64,000 nt of DNA from Eledone cirrhosa (GCA_964016885.1 OZ024742.1:88536001-88600000); one strand, 5' to 3'; numbered from the stretch's first letter, positions 14,706 to 29,702 are shown. Notes: generated by a model from the sequence alone, not told the origin. Numbers and translations are program-made.

Positions 14706-14967
14706 CTCAAATAATGTTAAGCTTTTGGTATGATGATCGAACAAGGAAGTCACTTTTTCAACAGGCATTTAGTTCTATGCAAATGAATTGACCTTTATCT
14801 GAACTCACGTGCGGAGTTAGAAGGAGAGAACCCCTTGTTTTGGCGGATGAATTTAATATGTGTGGTTATTGCAAAATTGCAAAATATGACAAAACGAATT
14901 AAGCTCTCGACAGAATAGTTTTTAAAAATTAACATAAGCTATTAATCAGTCAATAGAATTAACTAAA

Positions 14968-15894
14968 AACTAGCAGCAGTATCAAACGTTGCCGGGGAAG
15001 GTAAAATAATATCTGATTTGATGAAAAGGTGTTGATCTTAGCGACTGCGAGTTTCTTGAAAATCTTGCGTAAGGTGTAGCAAATGGCGAAATGTTGAGTG
15101 AAATCGTATGGAATATGTGGGAGGTGTAAAAATCGTATTTTGAAGAGTTAAACGGTTGCCACGCCGTCTCTGAACAAAACATGCAAAGTGTAAAGTATCT
15201 ATAAGATGTGCAATGATATGTTCTATCGTAGTATAATGGTTGAACCAAATAAATTGATTTATGTGTGAGGTGGTGCCGAAGTTTCGAATTTGAACGAAAT
15301 ACGTTGAAAAATCTGGGTGCTAGTGCCGAATAGGAGGACATTTTAGCGAAAAGGTGGTATGTTTCGAATATTTAAGCGGCTGCCACGCCGTGGCTGAACA
15401 AAAATTCCAAAATGTAAAGCCACTTTCAAATATGAAATAATCAGATCTAGCGTAATGTAAGATTTGAACAAAGTAGGTTGATTAATGTGGCAGCTAGAGC
15501 CGAAAAAGTGGAAATTTGAGTCTAAAAGTGGTATTTTTGAATATTTAAGGGGCTGCCACGCTGTCCCTGAACAAGAAATGCAAAATACAGGATGTGCAAT
15601 GATGAATTATATTTTGCTTTAAAATTTGAACGAAATTGGTGGCAAAATGTGGGAGCTAGAACCAACAATTCTATTTTTTAAGCTACCTAAAAAAAGGTGA
15701 CCGCCCCCCTATCGATTTTTATCTGCAGAATAACCCCGGAATAAAAGAACGATACACTGATATATGGAAAAGAGTCCCCGATGACAATTCTATGAGCCTG
15801 TAAAGTTCCATGAAAATCGGTCGTAAGATGTAGGCCCCTATAGGTAATACACAGACACAAACACACACACACATACTTAATTTTATATATATAC

Positions 15895-15900
<6 letters not shown>
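14968..15900 (+). mobile_element. non-autonomous Helitron/Helentron-like element with about 3 internal tandem units
   Basis: starts ACTAGC...CGTTGCCGGGG; ends aagttccatgaaaatcggtcg...cagacacaaacacac...ttttatatatatacagat; gccacgccgtc/gctgaacaaaa repeated near 15157, 15380 and 15553. Confidence 0.5.
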
Positions 15901-15959
<59 letters not shown>

Positions 15960-16106
15960 TATATATATATGTATAAGAGATATTTAATTTGTTGGAAATC
16001 AAATAAATATAGATGTTTACAACTGATTCAAAGCACTCGACAGATTTCTGAAGTAAGTATTCAATTGATATTAAATAAATGGAAACTATATTTATAAAAC
16101 CATATT

Positions 16107-16168
16107 TATTCTATTATACATATTTCAAGGGTACCAACAAGTTTGGTACGCTATCATCAGATAAAATA
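16107..16168 (-). ncRNA. type I hammerhead ribozyme motif
   Basis: reverse complement: tattttat-CTGATGA-stem II (gtaccaa/ttggtac)-GAAA-tatgta-TA-atagaata. Confidence 0.75.
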
Positions 16169-17728
16169 CAAAATGTTTTATAAATATTTGACATGTCCAA
16201 GAATGATATACCTTAACGGTTCAAGTTATCCCTGGAAAGTGAAGAAAAGAGAAGAGAAAAGTCAGATATTTAAAATTATTTAAATATTTAAATTTATAAT
16301 GTTAAATAGGTAGTTACAATTTATAATGTTAAATTAACGGAGTTATGTTTAAAAATTCTACATTCAGAACTATATGTAAATTAAAATATACTTATAATAT
16401 TCCTATTAATCTCCAAAATGATCTTATCTGCTCTAGTTTTAATACTTTAGTATATTAATATCTCTAAATCTTTAAAATTTCTTATAATATATAAATATGT
16501 GTGTATGTATAGATATTTATTTATATATATATATTTATGTACTTCTACATAATGTACTTCTATATAATTCTAATTTTAATTTTAATTTTAATTCTTTTAA
16601 TTCTTTAAATTCTTTAATTCTTGTATTCTTAATTTTTTTAATTTTTTTAATGACACTCTCTAAAGCTATATTTTTCTAATGACACCCTCTAAAGCCAATT
16701 TTTAAATGTAGATTAATAACCATTAACTGTTTTTAGTAAAATATATCCTATTCAGGATGGTGTTTAATCATTCATATTTCTTTAGAATAAATAATTAATC
16801 CCACACTAGCGATTAATAAACAAATTGGAGTTATCTTTCCTTCTTTCAATCATAAACCTTTTTATATATAACTCCGTTAATTTAACATTATAAATTGTAA
16901 CTACCTATTTAACATTATCAATTGTAACTACCTATTTATTTACATAAAATCAACATCCCTAGTAACCTATATTAGGAACAAACAAACGTATTTATAAATC
17001 AACATCCATTGTAACTCATATTATAAACAAAATATCCTTTAAAAAAAACACATATTGTATTATTAAACTACTTATATAGATATTTATATATTATTATAAT
17101 AAGATAAATAATTCTCCATATAAATATAGATAAATGTCTGAATATATTTTCCCTAAATTAACGTTCAAGTGGTTTTCCTTTTCCTTTTTCTTTCTTCTTT
17201 AACAATTTTAGTTTGATAATTTATATAGCTTCGTTAATTTAACAATATTCTGAAAACATTCTCAATGTTGAACATTTTTGAATCCACAAATTATTCTAAT
17301 CTCACAACTTGAAATTAAAATGTTCAACATCCTTTGTAACTCATATTTGTTTATATAAAAAATCAATGCTTACGCAAATAGACATATTTATATACATATA
17401 AACTATCATAATGTAATAAGATAAAAATACTTACAACCATAATTCTTCATATAATTTTATAACTCATAATATAGGTAACAAAAATCTTTTCCCCAAATTA
17501 ACGTTATACTTTTCTCTTTCTCTTCTTTCATTATCATAATTATTTAAATGTTCCATAGCGTCTAAAACAACGTGTTTTTCAGTCATTTAATATACACATC
17601 ATTTGAATAATCATATTAATAATTTTAAATATCTGATTTTTCTCCTTTCTTCACTTCACTTTCCAGGGATAACTTGAACCGTTAAGGTATATCATCCTTG
17701 GTCATGTCAAATATTTATAAAACATTTG

Positions 17729-17790
17729 TATTTTATCTGATGATAGCGTACCAAAATTGTTGGTACCCTTGAAATATATATAATAGAATA
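17729..17790 (+). ncRNA. type I hammerhead ribozyme motif
   Basis: tattttat-CTGATGA-tagcgtaccaa aattg ttggtaccctt-GAAA-tatata-TA-atagaata. Confidence 0.75.
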
Positions 17791-17860
17791 AATATGGTTT
17801 TATAAATATAGTTTCCATTTATTTAATATCAATTGTATATATATATATATATATATATAC

Positions 17861-17899
<39 letters not shown>

Positions 17900-18166
17900 T
17901 GTGTGTGTGGGTGTGTGTGTGTGTATATATATGTATATATGTATAAATGTGGGTGTGACCTATATACAATGGTTACACACATACACATATTCACACTTAG
18001 AAACCCTTCCTATTTAACAGGAAATATTTGCTACAGACATCCTGTTCCTAACACAAATTACGTGATACATATGGCTTAATATTCAGTCACCAAATTCGAA
18101 CTACACACTGTAATGTTGTATTCAACACTTTGAATTATAATTTCATTCTACAACACCATCTCACTC

Positions 18167-18255
<89 letters not shown>

Positions 18256-18337
18256 ATTATAATAAAATTGAAGACTAAAATCCAGAGAGGGCTCGATAAG
18301 GAAAATATATATCAAATATATAAGAACCGAAGAGCAA

Positions 18338-18470
18338 ATATTTATTAAAATAAGAGATTAAAGTTTAAGCAAAGAATCGCTGCTTTCACCCTTAACGGGA
18401 TCTTAAGATCCCGTTAAGGGTGAAAGCAGCGATTCTTTGCTTAAACTTTAATCTGTTATTTTAATAAATA
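18338..18470. repeat. near-perfect palindrome of about 130 bp
   Basis: centre gatcttaagatc; the same arm occurs unpaired at 30053-30114 and as a stub near 42466. Confidence 0.9.
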
Positions 18471-18491
18471 TATATATATATATATAATATA

Positions 18492-18862
18492 TATAAGATC
18501 AACAGATGGTTAAAAGAGTTCCATGTATTTTATTATGCGCACTACAAAAACAAATATCATCATGCAATAACATTTGTGTTTTCATCAGATAAAATAGGAA
18601 GACATGATATGAAGGTTAAAAAACACTTGTGGATAGTGTTTTTTAACCTTCATATTATGTCTTCCTATTTTATCTGATGAAAACACAAATGTTATTGCAT
18701 GATGATATTTGTTTTTGAAATGCGCATAATAAAATACATGGAACTCTTTTAACCATCTTTTGATCTTATATATTATGTATACTCCAGTCCTACACACTGT
18801 AGAGTGCTTCTTATCCGATATCTGCATTTATTTATTGTACTACAATAAAACTCACCTTCTAC
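18492..18862. mobile_element. short head-to-head foldback with hammerheads and a right-hand tail
   Basis: arms about 18492-18625 / 18638-18771; tail 18772-18862; TA flanks. Confidence 0.8.
18666..18736 (+). ncRNA. type I hammerhead ribozyme motif (the mirror copy at 18526-18596 has lost GAAA)
   Basis: tattttat-CTGATGA-long stem II-GAAA-tgcgca-TA-ataaaata; palindromic stem III. Confidence 0.8.
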
Positions 18863-20326
18863 ATATATATATATATATCTTTCACTCTCTCTCTCTCACT
18901 CTCTCTCTCTATCTTTATATCTATCGATCTATCTCCCTCTCCCTCCCTTTCTCTCTCTACCATTTCCCTTATATGTCTCCACATTCTATGTCTGTATTTG
19001 TTTCTATCTTTCTTCCTCTCTATTTATAAAAGTGCACCCCCCCCCCCCCCCCAAAAAAAAAACCGTATCTTGGGAACCTTTGCCCCGATTTACGCAAAAC
19101 TTGTTTTATTCCATTTGTATTCGCATTTCAGGGGCAGCTTGCTTTCAAAATATTTTCCTTTTAGATTTTGGCAGTATTGAATTTACAGAGAAGCACACAA
19201 TCGCAGCGTTTTAGTAGCATATAGATGCACATATTACTGGCCGTCTCTCAATTTCACATATACATTATGCTCTGGGCTTAATGTGCATTGAGCTTTTCCT
19301 GTTGGGTAACTTAATTAATATATATTTCATATGCATGGATTTAACCTAACTTGTTTGGTAATATCTGCCTTCTGGGAGACATTTGTTTTATTCGATCGTC
19401 TTAGATTATCTAATGTACGAAGTGAGATAAATATAGTAAAACCTTAAGGAACTACTGATGAATGATGTATCCTGGTCTTAATGAGGCTTGTTACTAATAT
19501 CGTTGACTGGTGATTGTACCCAATCATTAGATCGATCATAGGCATCATATTGTGGAATTTATAATGAAACGGCTGTATAAGCGAACTACCGGTTGCGCAC
19601 GCCAAACTACCATGTCAGTCCCTCATCGCCATTCACTTCTCCTTCAACTTGGAATTTACCTCACGTTGAATCCACCTTGCATACCTTCGCATCTTCGCCA
19701 TCCACACACATACACCAACATCCATTCAGAAACTTAGACACACATACATTTTCATCATTTCCGCACAGACGGAACTACGGACTTTACACGAACTCGCAAC
19801 CCCTTCTTTTAACTTCATAAACACACACACTTGCACATCTACACGTACACCCACACTTCACCTGATACCGCTTACGGATTTGACACGATTTCATCTCATC
19901 ACATCCGCCCCATCCACATCGTTTTTATTGATCTCCCAAAGTTCATAGTCTTCAATTCTCCTTTATTGTCCTTGCTCAGAAATAATTTCATTATAAATGT
20001 TAGACATATTGTTTTGTGTCCCAGTGCCAGTTTTTTTCTTTCTTTCTAGGGAGTTAATAGGAAGCATTACATTTCCCAATTGTCTATTTTTCTGTCTGTT
20101 AATCCCTCATTTAGGTGATGAATTAGCAGAGTCATTAAAATGTCAGATAAAATACTTTGCAGTATTCATTCTAACTTGTTTTACTCAAAACCCACTGAAG
20201 TCAACTTTATTTTCCATCCTCTCAAGGGCGATAAGGTACCAGTCTAGTATTGGAGTTTTCTCTCTCTCTCTGTATTTATATATATTTACCATCTTAAAGT
20301 ATGTATATTTGCCTGCATATTATTTG

Positions 20327-20378
<52 letters not shown>

Positions 20379-20823
20379 ACAAAATACTGTTTCTCAAACG
20401 ATATATGCTTCTTTCTCTCTACATATATATTTTAAATTTAAAGAGTGTATGTGAGAGTGCGTGTGAGTGTATGTGAGAGTGCATGTGTGTGTGAGTGTAT
20501 GCGTGATCATCTTTATTTTCAGTTAGATTAATCAATAGGACGTGACATTTTGCATATGAACATGTATGTATCTGTGAGTGTTTGTGTTTGTGCGTTCATT
20601 AGGTACGTTATTAAATAGACACACGCATCTACACGATGAATATTGTTTACCTTAAGGTACTTCAAGATTGACATATTTTACCTTCTAAATGGTATTGTCA
20701 GTTCAATGTTGATATTTTTTAATGACATATAGATATTTTCAAATAATTATGAGAAAAAAAACATATCTTATTATTTACTGAATAACGACAGAAGCAACCC
20801 GGCAACGCTGGGTAATTCAGCTC

Positions 20824-20881
<58 letters not shown>

Positions 20882-20884
<3 letters not shown>

Positions 20885-21010
20885 AAAATATATAACCCCG
20901 ACGGAAGAGCTCAAGCCGTTTCGACGGCTATTTCCTATTACCCACTCTACTACACTGAATACCCTGGTGCGTTATGATCCATCTGGTTCCTTACCACAAT
21001 CCCCTCGTTA
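20882..21010. mobile_element. miniature head-to-head remnant of the 49235-52025 PLE family inside (TA)n
   Basis: same bipartite layout as 13962-14130. Confidence 0.75.
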
Positions 21011-21067
<57 letters not shown>

Positions 21068-21362
21068 GAGAGAGTGAGAGAGAGAGAGGGGGAGAGAGAA
21101 ATTGTATATACATGTATAATATGTAAATATGCATGTTTATACAAACATGTCTGCGTTTGTAGTTACAACACACCATTTTCAGAATATCTAAGGAAATATT
21201 TTCTAGATATGATTATATTTTTTTTGTTAAGGGCCTCAGTGCACAAATAGGAAGAGTATATAATTTCCAATATTTCATTCATACACACTATGAAATTAGA
21301 TGATTTTACCATTTCACGGCTTACTTTTTCCTCGTCAGAAGTATAATTACATTACTTGACAT

Positions 21363-21878
21363 ATACAAGATGTCCCTAAAAAATTGTCATCATAACCAAT
21401 TCTCGTTCAAATGATCTCAAAGATTAACAACATTTATAAAAACTAACGATGTTTAATGTTAAATGTTTTCTTTATAACCGGGGAAATGGATCGGGCATTT
21501 CAGTGATATGACCAGCACGTCCTGTTGAAATGACCACTACGTTCACCGAACTTGACACCTTGGGATTTTTTCTATGGGGTTATAAAAAAAGACTGGTCTA
21601 CATCTCAATCATCCCACAAGCCAAGAGGAACTCAAGAAGGGAATCACTGAGGCGCTGAAGCTTTATGTATTACATGATAGAGCGTATTTGGCAGAAGGTG
21701 AACTACCGACTTAACGTGTATCGTGTCACTGGCGGTGCGCATATTGAACATTTGTGAAGTTTTGTAAAATCCGTTATAAAATCTACATCCCTCCGCATTT
21801 TATATTCGAATTATGATAAATAAATTATGTATTCTTCAACATGAAACATCTTTAATTTCGTCTGCCCATCTTATGTAG
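21363..21878 (+). mobile_element. internally deleted Tc1/mariner-superfamily DNA transposon remnant
   Basis: translated GKWIG...*PLRSPNLTPWDFFLWGY...GGAHIEHL* (WPPRSPDL-type motif); possible TIR remnants TACAAGATG / CATCTTATGTA. Confidence 0.75.
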
Positions 21879-24706
21879 TTACTCAGATAATAACATCTCA
21901 AGTTTTGTCAATTTTGGGGGTACAACATATATTATAAAAAATATTACCCTGTGTACTGATAAGAATTTCACAGAATATGGTTTATACCTAATAGATTATT
22001 TGTATCAATTATTTCTTCATTATTATAGATCTGTAGTTTCTGTATATCGCTATTCACTTAAGATCTGCTGCATATGTTATAGCCTAGCCGATAGACATTG
22101 AATATCAGTAAAATGATGCCCGGTTTATAGATGGAATATTTTATTATTGTGAAAACATATTTACTGTCTGTTAGCCGTATACATGACATGAATTTTAGCA
22201 GAAGACTCTCAATATGTGTAAGCTGTATTTTCCTATATTGCAGACTGATATCCATAAGAATTGTTTCAGATATTCTAGCAAGTAATTGACGTTTAATTGC
22301 AAGAGCTTATTTTAGAGGTATGAATCTTTTGGGGGTTATATAAACATTTCCTTGTCTGAACATGATGCATCAGCCCAATTGTATATTGCATTTCGGGTAT
22401 TGTATCCATACCTTTTATATTTGCATCTGTTGGATATAAGGTGAACCCTGATATAGATTAATATAGGTATGGTTTCAGTAGTTGGAATGCTGCGATGTTA
22501 TAAGAAGAAATTTATAAGAATTGAAAATGTACTCCACTAATCACATGCCATCATGTAGAATCAACCCATGAAAAGCACCAAGTATATTCAGGAGAATTTC
22601 AAACCTTATATATATTAGAGCATATTATACGGCAAAACTACACATGAAAAGCGTATTCTTCTGAAAAATATACTTTTCATACATACACACAATCATAACA
22701 TCAGTTTCTATAATGTAAACGATGCAGCGTTGAGGTGTAATCTAAGAAACATAAGTTAAATGGTTATATGTATTAGCTTTGTTTAATTATTTATTTGTTA
22801 CTATTTCTGTTAAAATAACCCACTGGTAGATTCATGTTATATAACTATTTCTTCTATATCTGTTCGTTATATAGTGAACGTTGCATGTCCACTGATTAGT
22901 TCATTCGTAAATGCGATTGCTGAATCATGTGCAACGATGCGCCTTTGCTCAAATGACTTCGTTTCAGGTTAGCCCACTCCAATCCCTGTCAAAATTGAGT
23001 ACGATCAACGGCTGGCGGTTTGCTCACAGAGAAATCGACCTCCAATCACGTATGGAATTCATGTCATCTTATTTATTTAATACCACATTAGATGTGACTA
23101 TTATCTTTGATTATATAGTAATGAACTTTGAATCTAACCAAATCGCTAAAGTCATTAAGGCTATCAGATATTTACGTGACTTAGTTACACGCATTTCAGA
23201 TATGAGTCTTGTTAATATATATGATTTACTTATAGAATGTTTACTCCAAAATATGATGGAACTTGAAGTATCCATCAAACCATGTATATGTTAAAATAGA
23301 ATTGGATATTCCAACAACCATGCATATGTTAAATAAAAGGCATGCTGGAACGTCCTTGTACTTGATAAAAAGTTTCAGAAGAGTACACGTTTTGAATCTG
23401 GAGTAAAACGTAGATAGGGTGGTCCATTATGAGACATATAGGGAAATATATAGATTTATAAGAAATATATAGATAACTACGTCAACAGGAACGTCTAAAC
23501 ACATAACAAATACCATAATATATTTTCTCCAAACTTCACCAATTATGTCCCCTCCCCCCTATTATGTACCATCATTTGTTTCATCTCTCGTTCCTAAAAG
23601 TGTATAATTTTGATTAGACAGCAAATGTCATTTGAGTTATATTTAGTCTTAGATTGAATGATATTTGCGTCATGTATAAACTGAGGCTTATAGGTTAAGC
23701 ACTAGCGAAGTAATCGGACACGATGTAATCGTCTACAATCTGAGAAACAGAAAGTATGTCAATGTCCTACTTACTAAATCGAAATACGGTAGAATTACAC
23801 ATAGTATTATGGTGATTTGAATCATTTTAATAAATTGAGATTCAAAAAGCATTTTTTATACGAAAAATCAGTCCAATGTCTCGTGTGTGACTAAAAAGTA
23901 AACATTATACACATGTGAAATAATCCCAATCCTAAACATAATACTTGTATAATATAGATTTTAAATTTCACTAGAAATGTATAAACATGTGTCTAAGTTA
24001 CAAATTACTACATTATGGTTTCCCGATTGCATGAACATGGTGTATTAGAATAGTAAACAAACTGACTGACGTTATTTAAATACATTCTGCGTTCAATCAT
24101 TCCCCGAACAGATGAGGATGTCTATACAATGCATAAACATCCGTGATCTTATCTATATAATAAATCGCAATGAACGTGATACTTATACCAGGAGGCACTA
24201 ATGTTAGCAAAATAAGATGAAATAAAGATCATTGAGAATATTTTTTATTTAAATATATTAAAAGGCTATACTAAAAAGTATGTTTATATGAAAAAAAAAT
24301 GTATACGTTAATATGGGTGTCTTTCATCGTTTTGATATAGACAAGATATCCAGATGAAATTGATATATTCAAAAGTTTCTTGAGTAAAGCTGAAAATGTT
24401 CAGAAAGTTTTTCAAAAACAAAACAAGGAAATGAAACAAATGTGAGTTCTTTGATACGGTGAAAGCTGGAAAGTCTCTAAATCAATATATTTCTATATCT
24501 TATCCTGTCTATGGTGACATTGATCGGTTTACCTTGTCAAAATGCGTATTTGTGTAAGGCCTGCCTGGTCATTTCGATTTGAACATGAATAAGCAATCCA
24601 TCAATTAATCAATATAGACACACCCTGGTATATATACATATATCGATATATTGAGATAGTGAAATAGGGGAGAGAGATACATGTACGTATGTATATATAT
24701 ATACAT

Positions 24707-24839
24707 AATTGTTTCTACGTTAGGCACAAGGGCAGCAATTCCCCAGTGTATTATCGACCCCGTAAGGATGAAAGGCAAAGTTAACCTCGGCGGGAAAGCA
24801 TGGCGTTCGACCCTCTACCAATACTGCCAATCCACTGCC
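24707..24839 (-). mobile_element. tRNA-derived SINE, family 1 (deleted copy)
   Basis: matches family 1 with two internal deletions. Confidence 0.85.
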
Positions 24840-27767
24840 ATATATATACATATATATATACATATATATATACATATATATACATAATGCGGACATGCAT
24901 GTATACATAAATATATAAAATAACTTTTTTTTAAATTAAATTAGGAACGAAAGTAGGAACGACAGAAATATGAGTAGGAATCAACAGCAAGGAATACGGT
25001 TGAAAATAACAGAATTGATAAGAAAGAAGTGAGAAGAAATAAATATGGAAAATATTGGACATATACGACGAAAAAAGATGGGAAAGTTAGTTAATAATTA
25101 TAACACACGAAAAGAAAAATATAAACTAGAGAAGTCTGAAAGAATAAAATAGTAGCAAGAGACTGAAGAAAAAAAATCGATTCACAGGGGGCTAATGATT
25201 GAAACGAACAAACAAAAAAATACACGTTTAAACAAATCAACGAATTAGAGGAAAATAAATTCATTGGTGTGTGTAATTAATCAATGTCTGTCTGGCTTGG
25301 ATTTTCACGCACTATATAATACTTTTTTGCCGATAAATTACTTTAGAATTTGTTTTCTGTACCTCACTCTATATGAGCAGGAACGGATATAATGGAAAGG
25401 AGGCAAAGAGGGAAATTCATTATCAGAACAATATTCTAATATAAAGATTTGTTGTCGCTGTGTAGAGTTGTTGTGCTTGTATCTCAAAAACAATGTTCGC
25501 AGGAAACAATCTAATGTGGTTTTGTCAGGAAGGGCATCCAGCCATAGAAACCGTGCTTCATATGAGGAAGATGAGGTCCCTCCGATATGTTTGGTCTCGG
25601 ACTGCGACAATCTGTTTGGAAGGTGGACGTAGCATGAGAATGATTAGATTACTTTGCAATTAATACACGTGGGTATAGCTTTGCAATTCCAATTACTTGC
25701 GCCAGCCGACTTTGATGTGCAAAATTGAAGGTTTGCTGTGGATTCTATATATCTTTGTGTATGAGGGGCCCCTTAAATTTGAACTGTCATGAGACCCCAA
25801 GTTCTAGATCCTGCCTTGTCTATGAGAGTTTGAGAAGCGGAATGTTTAATCGATAACATTTTAAACATTTACTTGTAACTGTGGTTGGCTTTGTAGATGT
25901 GGACGTTTGCATATCGAGAAAGGAACAATTATAAATGTATGAGAAAGAGAAATAAGGGCACATTAAACATAGGGTTGAAAAAACAACGAAGAATTTGACA
26001 CTAACTTATTCGAAGAGGTAGTACAGTGGGGAAGAAAAGAGAAAGACAAACAATGATGTTCAATGAAAGTGAACGATAGAGAGAGAATTTGAAAAATACA
26101 GTAAACAGATAAATAGCTAGAGCGATTGAGGATGAAAAGCAACATGGACAAAGAAAAAACAGAAAGAAACCTACACGCATGAATAGGACTGTGAGCAATC
26201 CGGGAGTACAGAAGGAAAAGAAATAGATAAATACATAGATAGACTATACAGTGTGTGAGGAAATACAAATGTTTTAGACGAAATTGAAATTAAATGTGTG
26301 ATAGATTATAAGACTAACAACGTAGTATATATTTGTTTATGTACGTTTATGTTTCTTGTCTATTTCTCTAATTGTTCCGCAGAATCGGGATTCAATTCTG
26401 ACAGATAAATGTCACTCCGTTATTGGAATTTGTATATAAAAAAGGAGTTGTTACGTGACAAACGATATTATTTTTACTCGTATATTCGTAAGTTATTGCA
26501 AACAAGAGAAATATATAGAATATTTATTAGACCAGCTCCTTGTCTGAAACCACATATTTTCAGACTGATATATACAAATGAATTAACGTAAATATGTCAT
26601 TTATTACTGATATGTTATTTCTTGTGTTGATGTTCGATTAATCCTCTCAAATACATTAATACATTGTACTTATAAATTCCTAACTAGTCATGTTCTTTCT
26701 GTTTCTGTGAAGCCCAGCTTCTCAAGATTTGTACTGAGGCTACTAAGATATCCCAGTGCCTCAATAATCACAGGTATTAATCTGAAGATACAGCCAGGGT
26801 GGAGTATCTGCAGATTTCTAATAATTTCTGCATAGATATTCTAATTTGTTGCTAAATGTTAATATTATATTGGCATCTGGGCAGCTAACCTCCACTACAA
26901 TTGTCATCTTGCTTATTTTTTGTTTTGTTTTGCTTTTCGAAATATTGTCTATGTGTTATGTAATTATCTGATATGTTCTGCTTATTTTAAGGTGTGATTC
27001 TCTTGTTAATGTGTGTGCTATATTTAGTAGCTTCAACATCCGTAGAGAGATTTATATTGTTTGGAACATTTCTGCACTTAAAAATAAATAGCGTTCTTAT
27101 TATCTTGACCGCAATGTTTCCAGAAAGTTGACTGGAAAATTTAACATGTGTATTCGGTGATAAGTTACTATCTTGTTCCGTCGCTTCATAAAAAAATATA
27201 AAGAAATGAAAATGTAGATTGCAAATAGTGAAATAAAAAAGGCATATAACCAATACGATGAAAATATGATTTATAGTTACTCGATATAAATTTCAATTTG
27301 AATAAGAGGAAGTATCAAATACTTAGCCAGATATTTTAGTACTTAGACGGCTTTAAGGAACTTAGGATTTAAATATATGAATGGACGTTGAGAATACGAA
27401 AACTAGAAAAAGAGGATTTACTTGCATTACTATAACAAAACTTGAAATCTGGCATTTCAGCAATTTATTCTACTTAGCTGTTAATGGAACTTTACAGATT
27501 TTGCTTTGGGTGTCACTGAATTTTAATCTATATTTATATGGATGTTATCGAGAATACTAATATACTTAGTGCTATCGTGCTTATATAGTACTGTTTCAGT
27601 AAGTAAACGTGGCTCTAATATTATCGTGTGAATGAAAGGGTGACAGTTCGAACAATTACGTGTTTTCCTGAGACTGTTTTATGTTTCTATTTTCCAGCAT
27701 TCATCCAGTCACTAAGTTTGGACATTTTAATTATTAATATATTATTGCCTTTTACATTTCAGTACTA

Positions 27768-27949
27768 GATTGGCAGTATTGGTAGAGGGTCGAACGCCAT
27801 GCTTTGACGCATAGATTTACGGCCCTTGCCATTCTGAGTTCAAATCCCGCCGAGGTTAACTTTTCCTTTCATCCTTACGGGTCGATAAAATAAAGTACCA
27901 GCAATACACTGAGATAATTGCTGGCCTTGTGCCAAAAGTAGAAACAATT
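27768..27949 (+). mobile_element. tRNA-derived SINE, family 1
   Basis: A and B boxes, core and gtagaaacaat tail on the plus strand. Confidence 0.9.
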
Positions 27950-27966
27950 ATATTAATTAATCGCGA

Positions 27967-28094
27967 CGAGGTTATCTTTGCCTTTCATCCTTACGGGGTC
28001 GATAAAATAAAGCACCAGTAATGCACTGGTGTCGATTTAGTCGACTTTCCCCTCCCCAAACATTGTTAGCCTTGTGCCTAAAGTAGAAACAATT
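27967..28094 (+). mobile_element. 5'-truncated SINE family 1 variant in tandem with the previous copy
   Basis: core and tail plus an extra gtcgatttagtcgactttcccctcccc segment. Confidence 0.8.
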
Positions 28095-28407
28095 ATAGTA
28101 TTTAGTTTTCTGTAATTGAATAGATTATGGTATAATTATACTAGTATTACTATTATCTAGAAGAGGTAGCACTTTAACAAGTAATATACCTGTTTACTTT
28201 TCACAAATTTAAATCTGATTGGTGCGTTCTTGTTTAATGTCAGATTTACTATATATATATATTTTTTAATGTAACACCATTTATTATCTTATAAATATAT
28301 AGTTAATGTGGTGTGGTAAATAATTATATATACATATATACCAGTTCCGAACACAATGGAACCAAACTCCCACTGTCACTCCCTCCGTCTCTTCCGCTCT
28401 CCCTATC

Positions 28408-28767
28408 TCACACTAATGTGAGCGAATGGAGGCCCATGCACTGGTTGTCCAAGGCCCCGGTGAAGAAGGCGTTTCCCCGGAGGATGATGAGAGAAACGCG
28501 CTGGAAGAGCCATTCCAGCTCGCTTGGCTCACACTTGAGGGTAGCCAATTCTGTACCGATATGGCCAAGGACACCAGAAGTTTCTACTGCTATGGCCTCC
28601 ACTGCAAACTTGTCGGTGAGCAACCAATATTTGGAGAGTTTATCCCCATCAGTCCGAAGTGCAACATAGACTGCGTTAGACACAGCCTGCACCATGTTGC
28701 TGCTGGAGAACGTGTCACTGCATGTGGCATCATGACGTAATATTGGCTTTTCCTGGAATAATTTCAT
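28408..28767 (-). pseudogene. C-terminal restriction-like endonuclease fragment of a CRE-type non-LTR retrotransposon
   Basis: DATCSDT...KLSKY...IAVETSGVLG...LFQRVSLIILRGNA resembles the CRE-clade RLE C-terminus. Confidence 0.7.
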
Positions 28768-29519
28768 ACACTAATTCAGAACCAAAGCAGAATAAATACA
28801 TTATATTCATTATACTTATTTTACATCTAACTCTAATATAACGTGTTGTTGTATTCTGTAATTCATTGACTTGTTCAGTCATTAGATTGCGGACAACCTT
28901 AAGAATTTATTCAACATCACCGCCTCCTGCATTTATTACTGTTTCCTATATATTTTATCGATCGATTACTTCTTGTCGAAGTGCTCTGCTACAGGACGTA
29001 CTGAGACATATTCGAAGTAAACAATATGCACCCCAACATACACATACACCCCTGCATACACACACACGCATATATATATATATTCTTTTTTTTTCTAGAA
29101 AATTATATATTTTCTTTAGATATATATTTGGAGAATTTATCATAGAAGCTTACAACCTCTACAATATTTCTGAAATAATTCATGTCGATTTTAACCCTTT
29201 TGAACATCTGCCCAGATACACTATGAAATGTATAGCTTCAAAAATGTTTACTGACACAAAATTATCTCCTGTGGCAGTTAATGATAACTGTTTACGACTG
29301 ACTAATAGTGTACACCAAATAAGAGACCTAGTGCAATAGATATAATAACTCTATCAAAAATGTTTTTGGAGGTAGTAGTAAAAGCAATCATAAAATGGAC
29401 GTCATTCAATTGCATAGAAGGAACGTATGACATATTTAAATTTAACGCTAGGCAGAATATATTTTCTAATTTAGGGGTCAAATGGAAATGTTGATAAAAT
29501 GTCCTATGGGACAGATAAT

Positions 29520-29702
29520 TGTTTCTACTTTAGGCACAAGGCCAGCAATTACCCAGTGCATTACTGGTACTTTATTTTATCGACCCCGTAAGGATGAAAG
29601 GCAAAGTCAACCTCGGCGGGATTTGAACTCAGATCGTAAAGGGACGTAACTATGCTGGAAAGCATGGCGTCCGACCCTCCACCGATACTGCCAATCCACC
29701 GC
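29520..29702 (-). mobile_element. full-length tRNA-derived SINE, family 1, with target-site duplication
   Basis: cctatgggacagataat at 29503-29519 and 29703-29719. Confidence 0.93.

Larger units (their letters stand above)
15975..17835. mobile_element. non-coding head-to-head PLE-like foldback in (TA)n
   Basis: inverted arms about 16062-16280 / 17618-17835 plus 16296-16350 / 16868-16918; unpaired tail of about 85 nt on the left; one HHR per arm. Confidence 0.8.

Noticed and set aside
14968-15620. Spaced repeats as a CRISPR-like array
   Set aside because: Long degenerate tandem units in a eukaryotic transposon, with no unique spacers or cas genes
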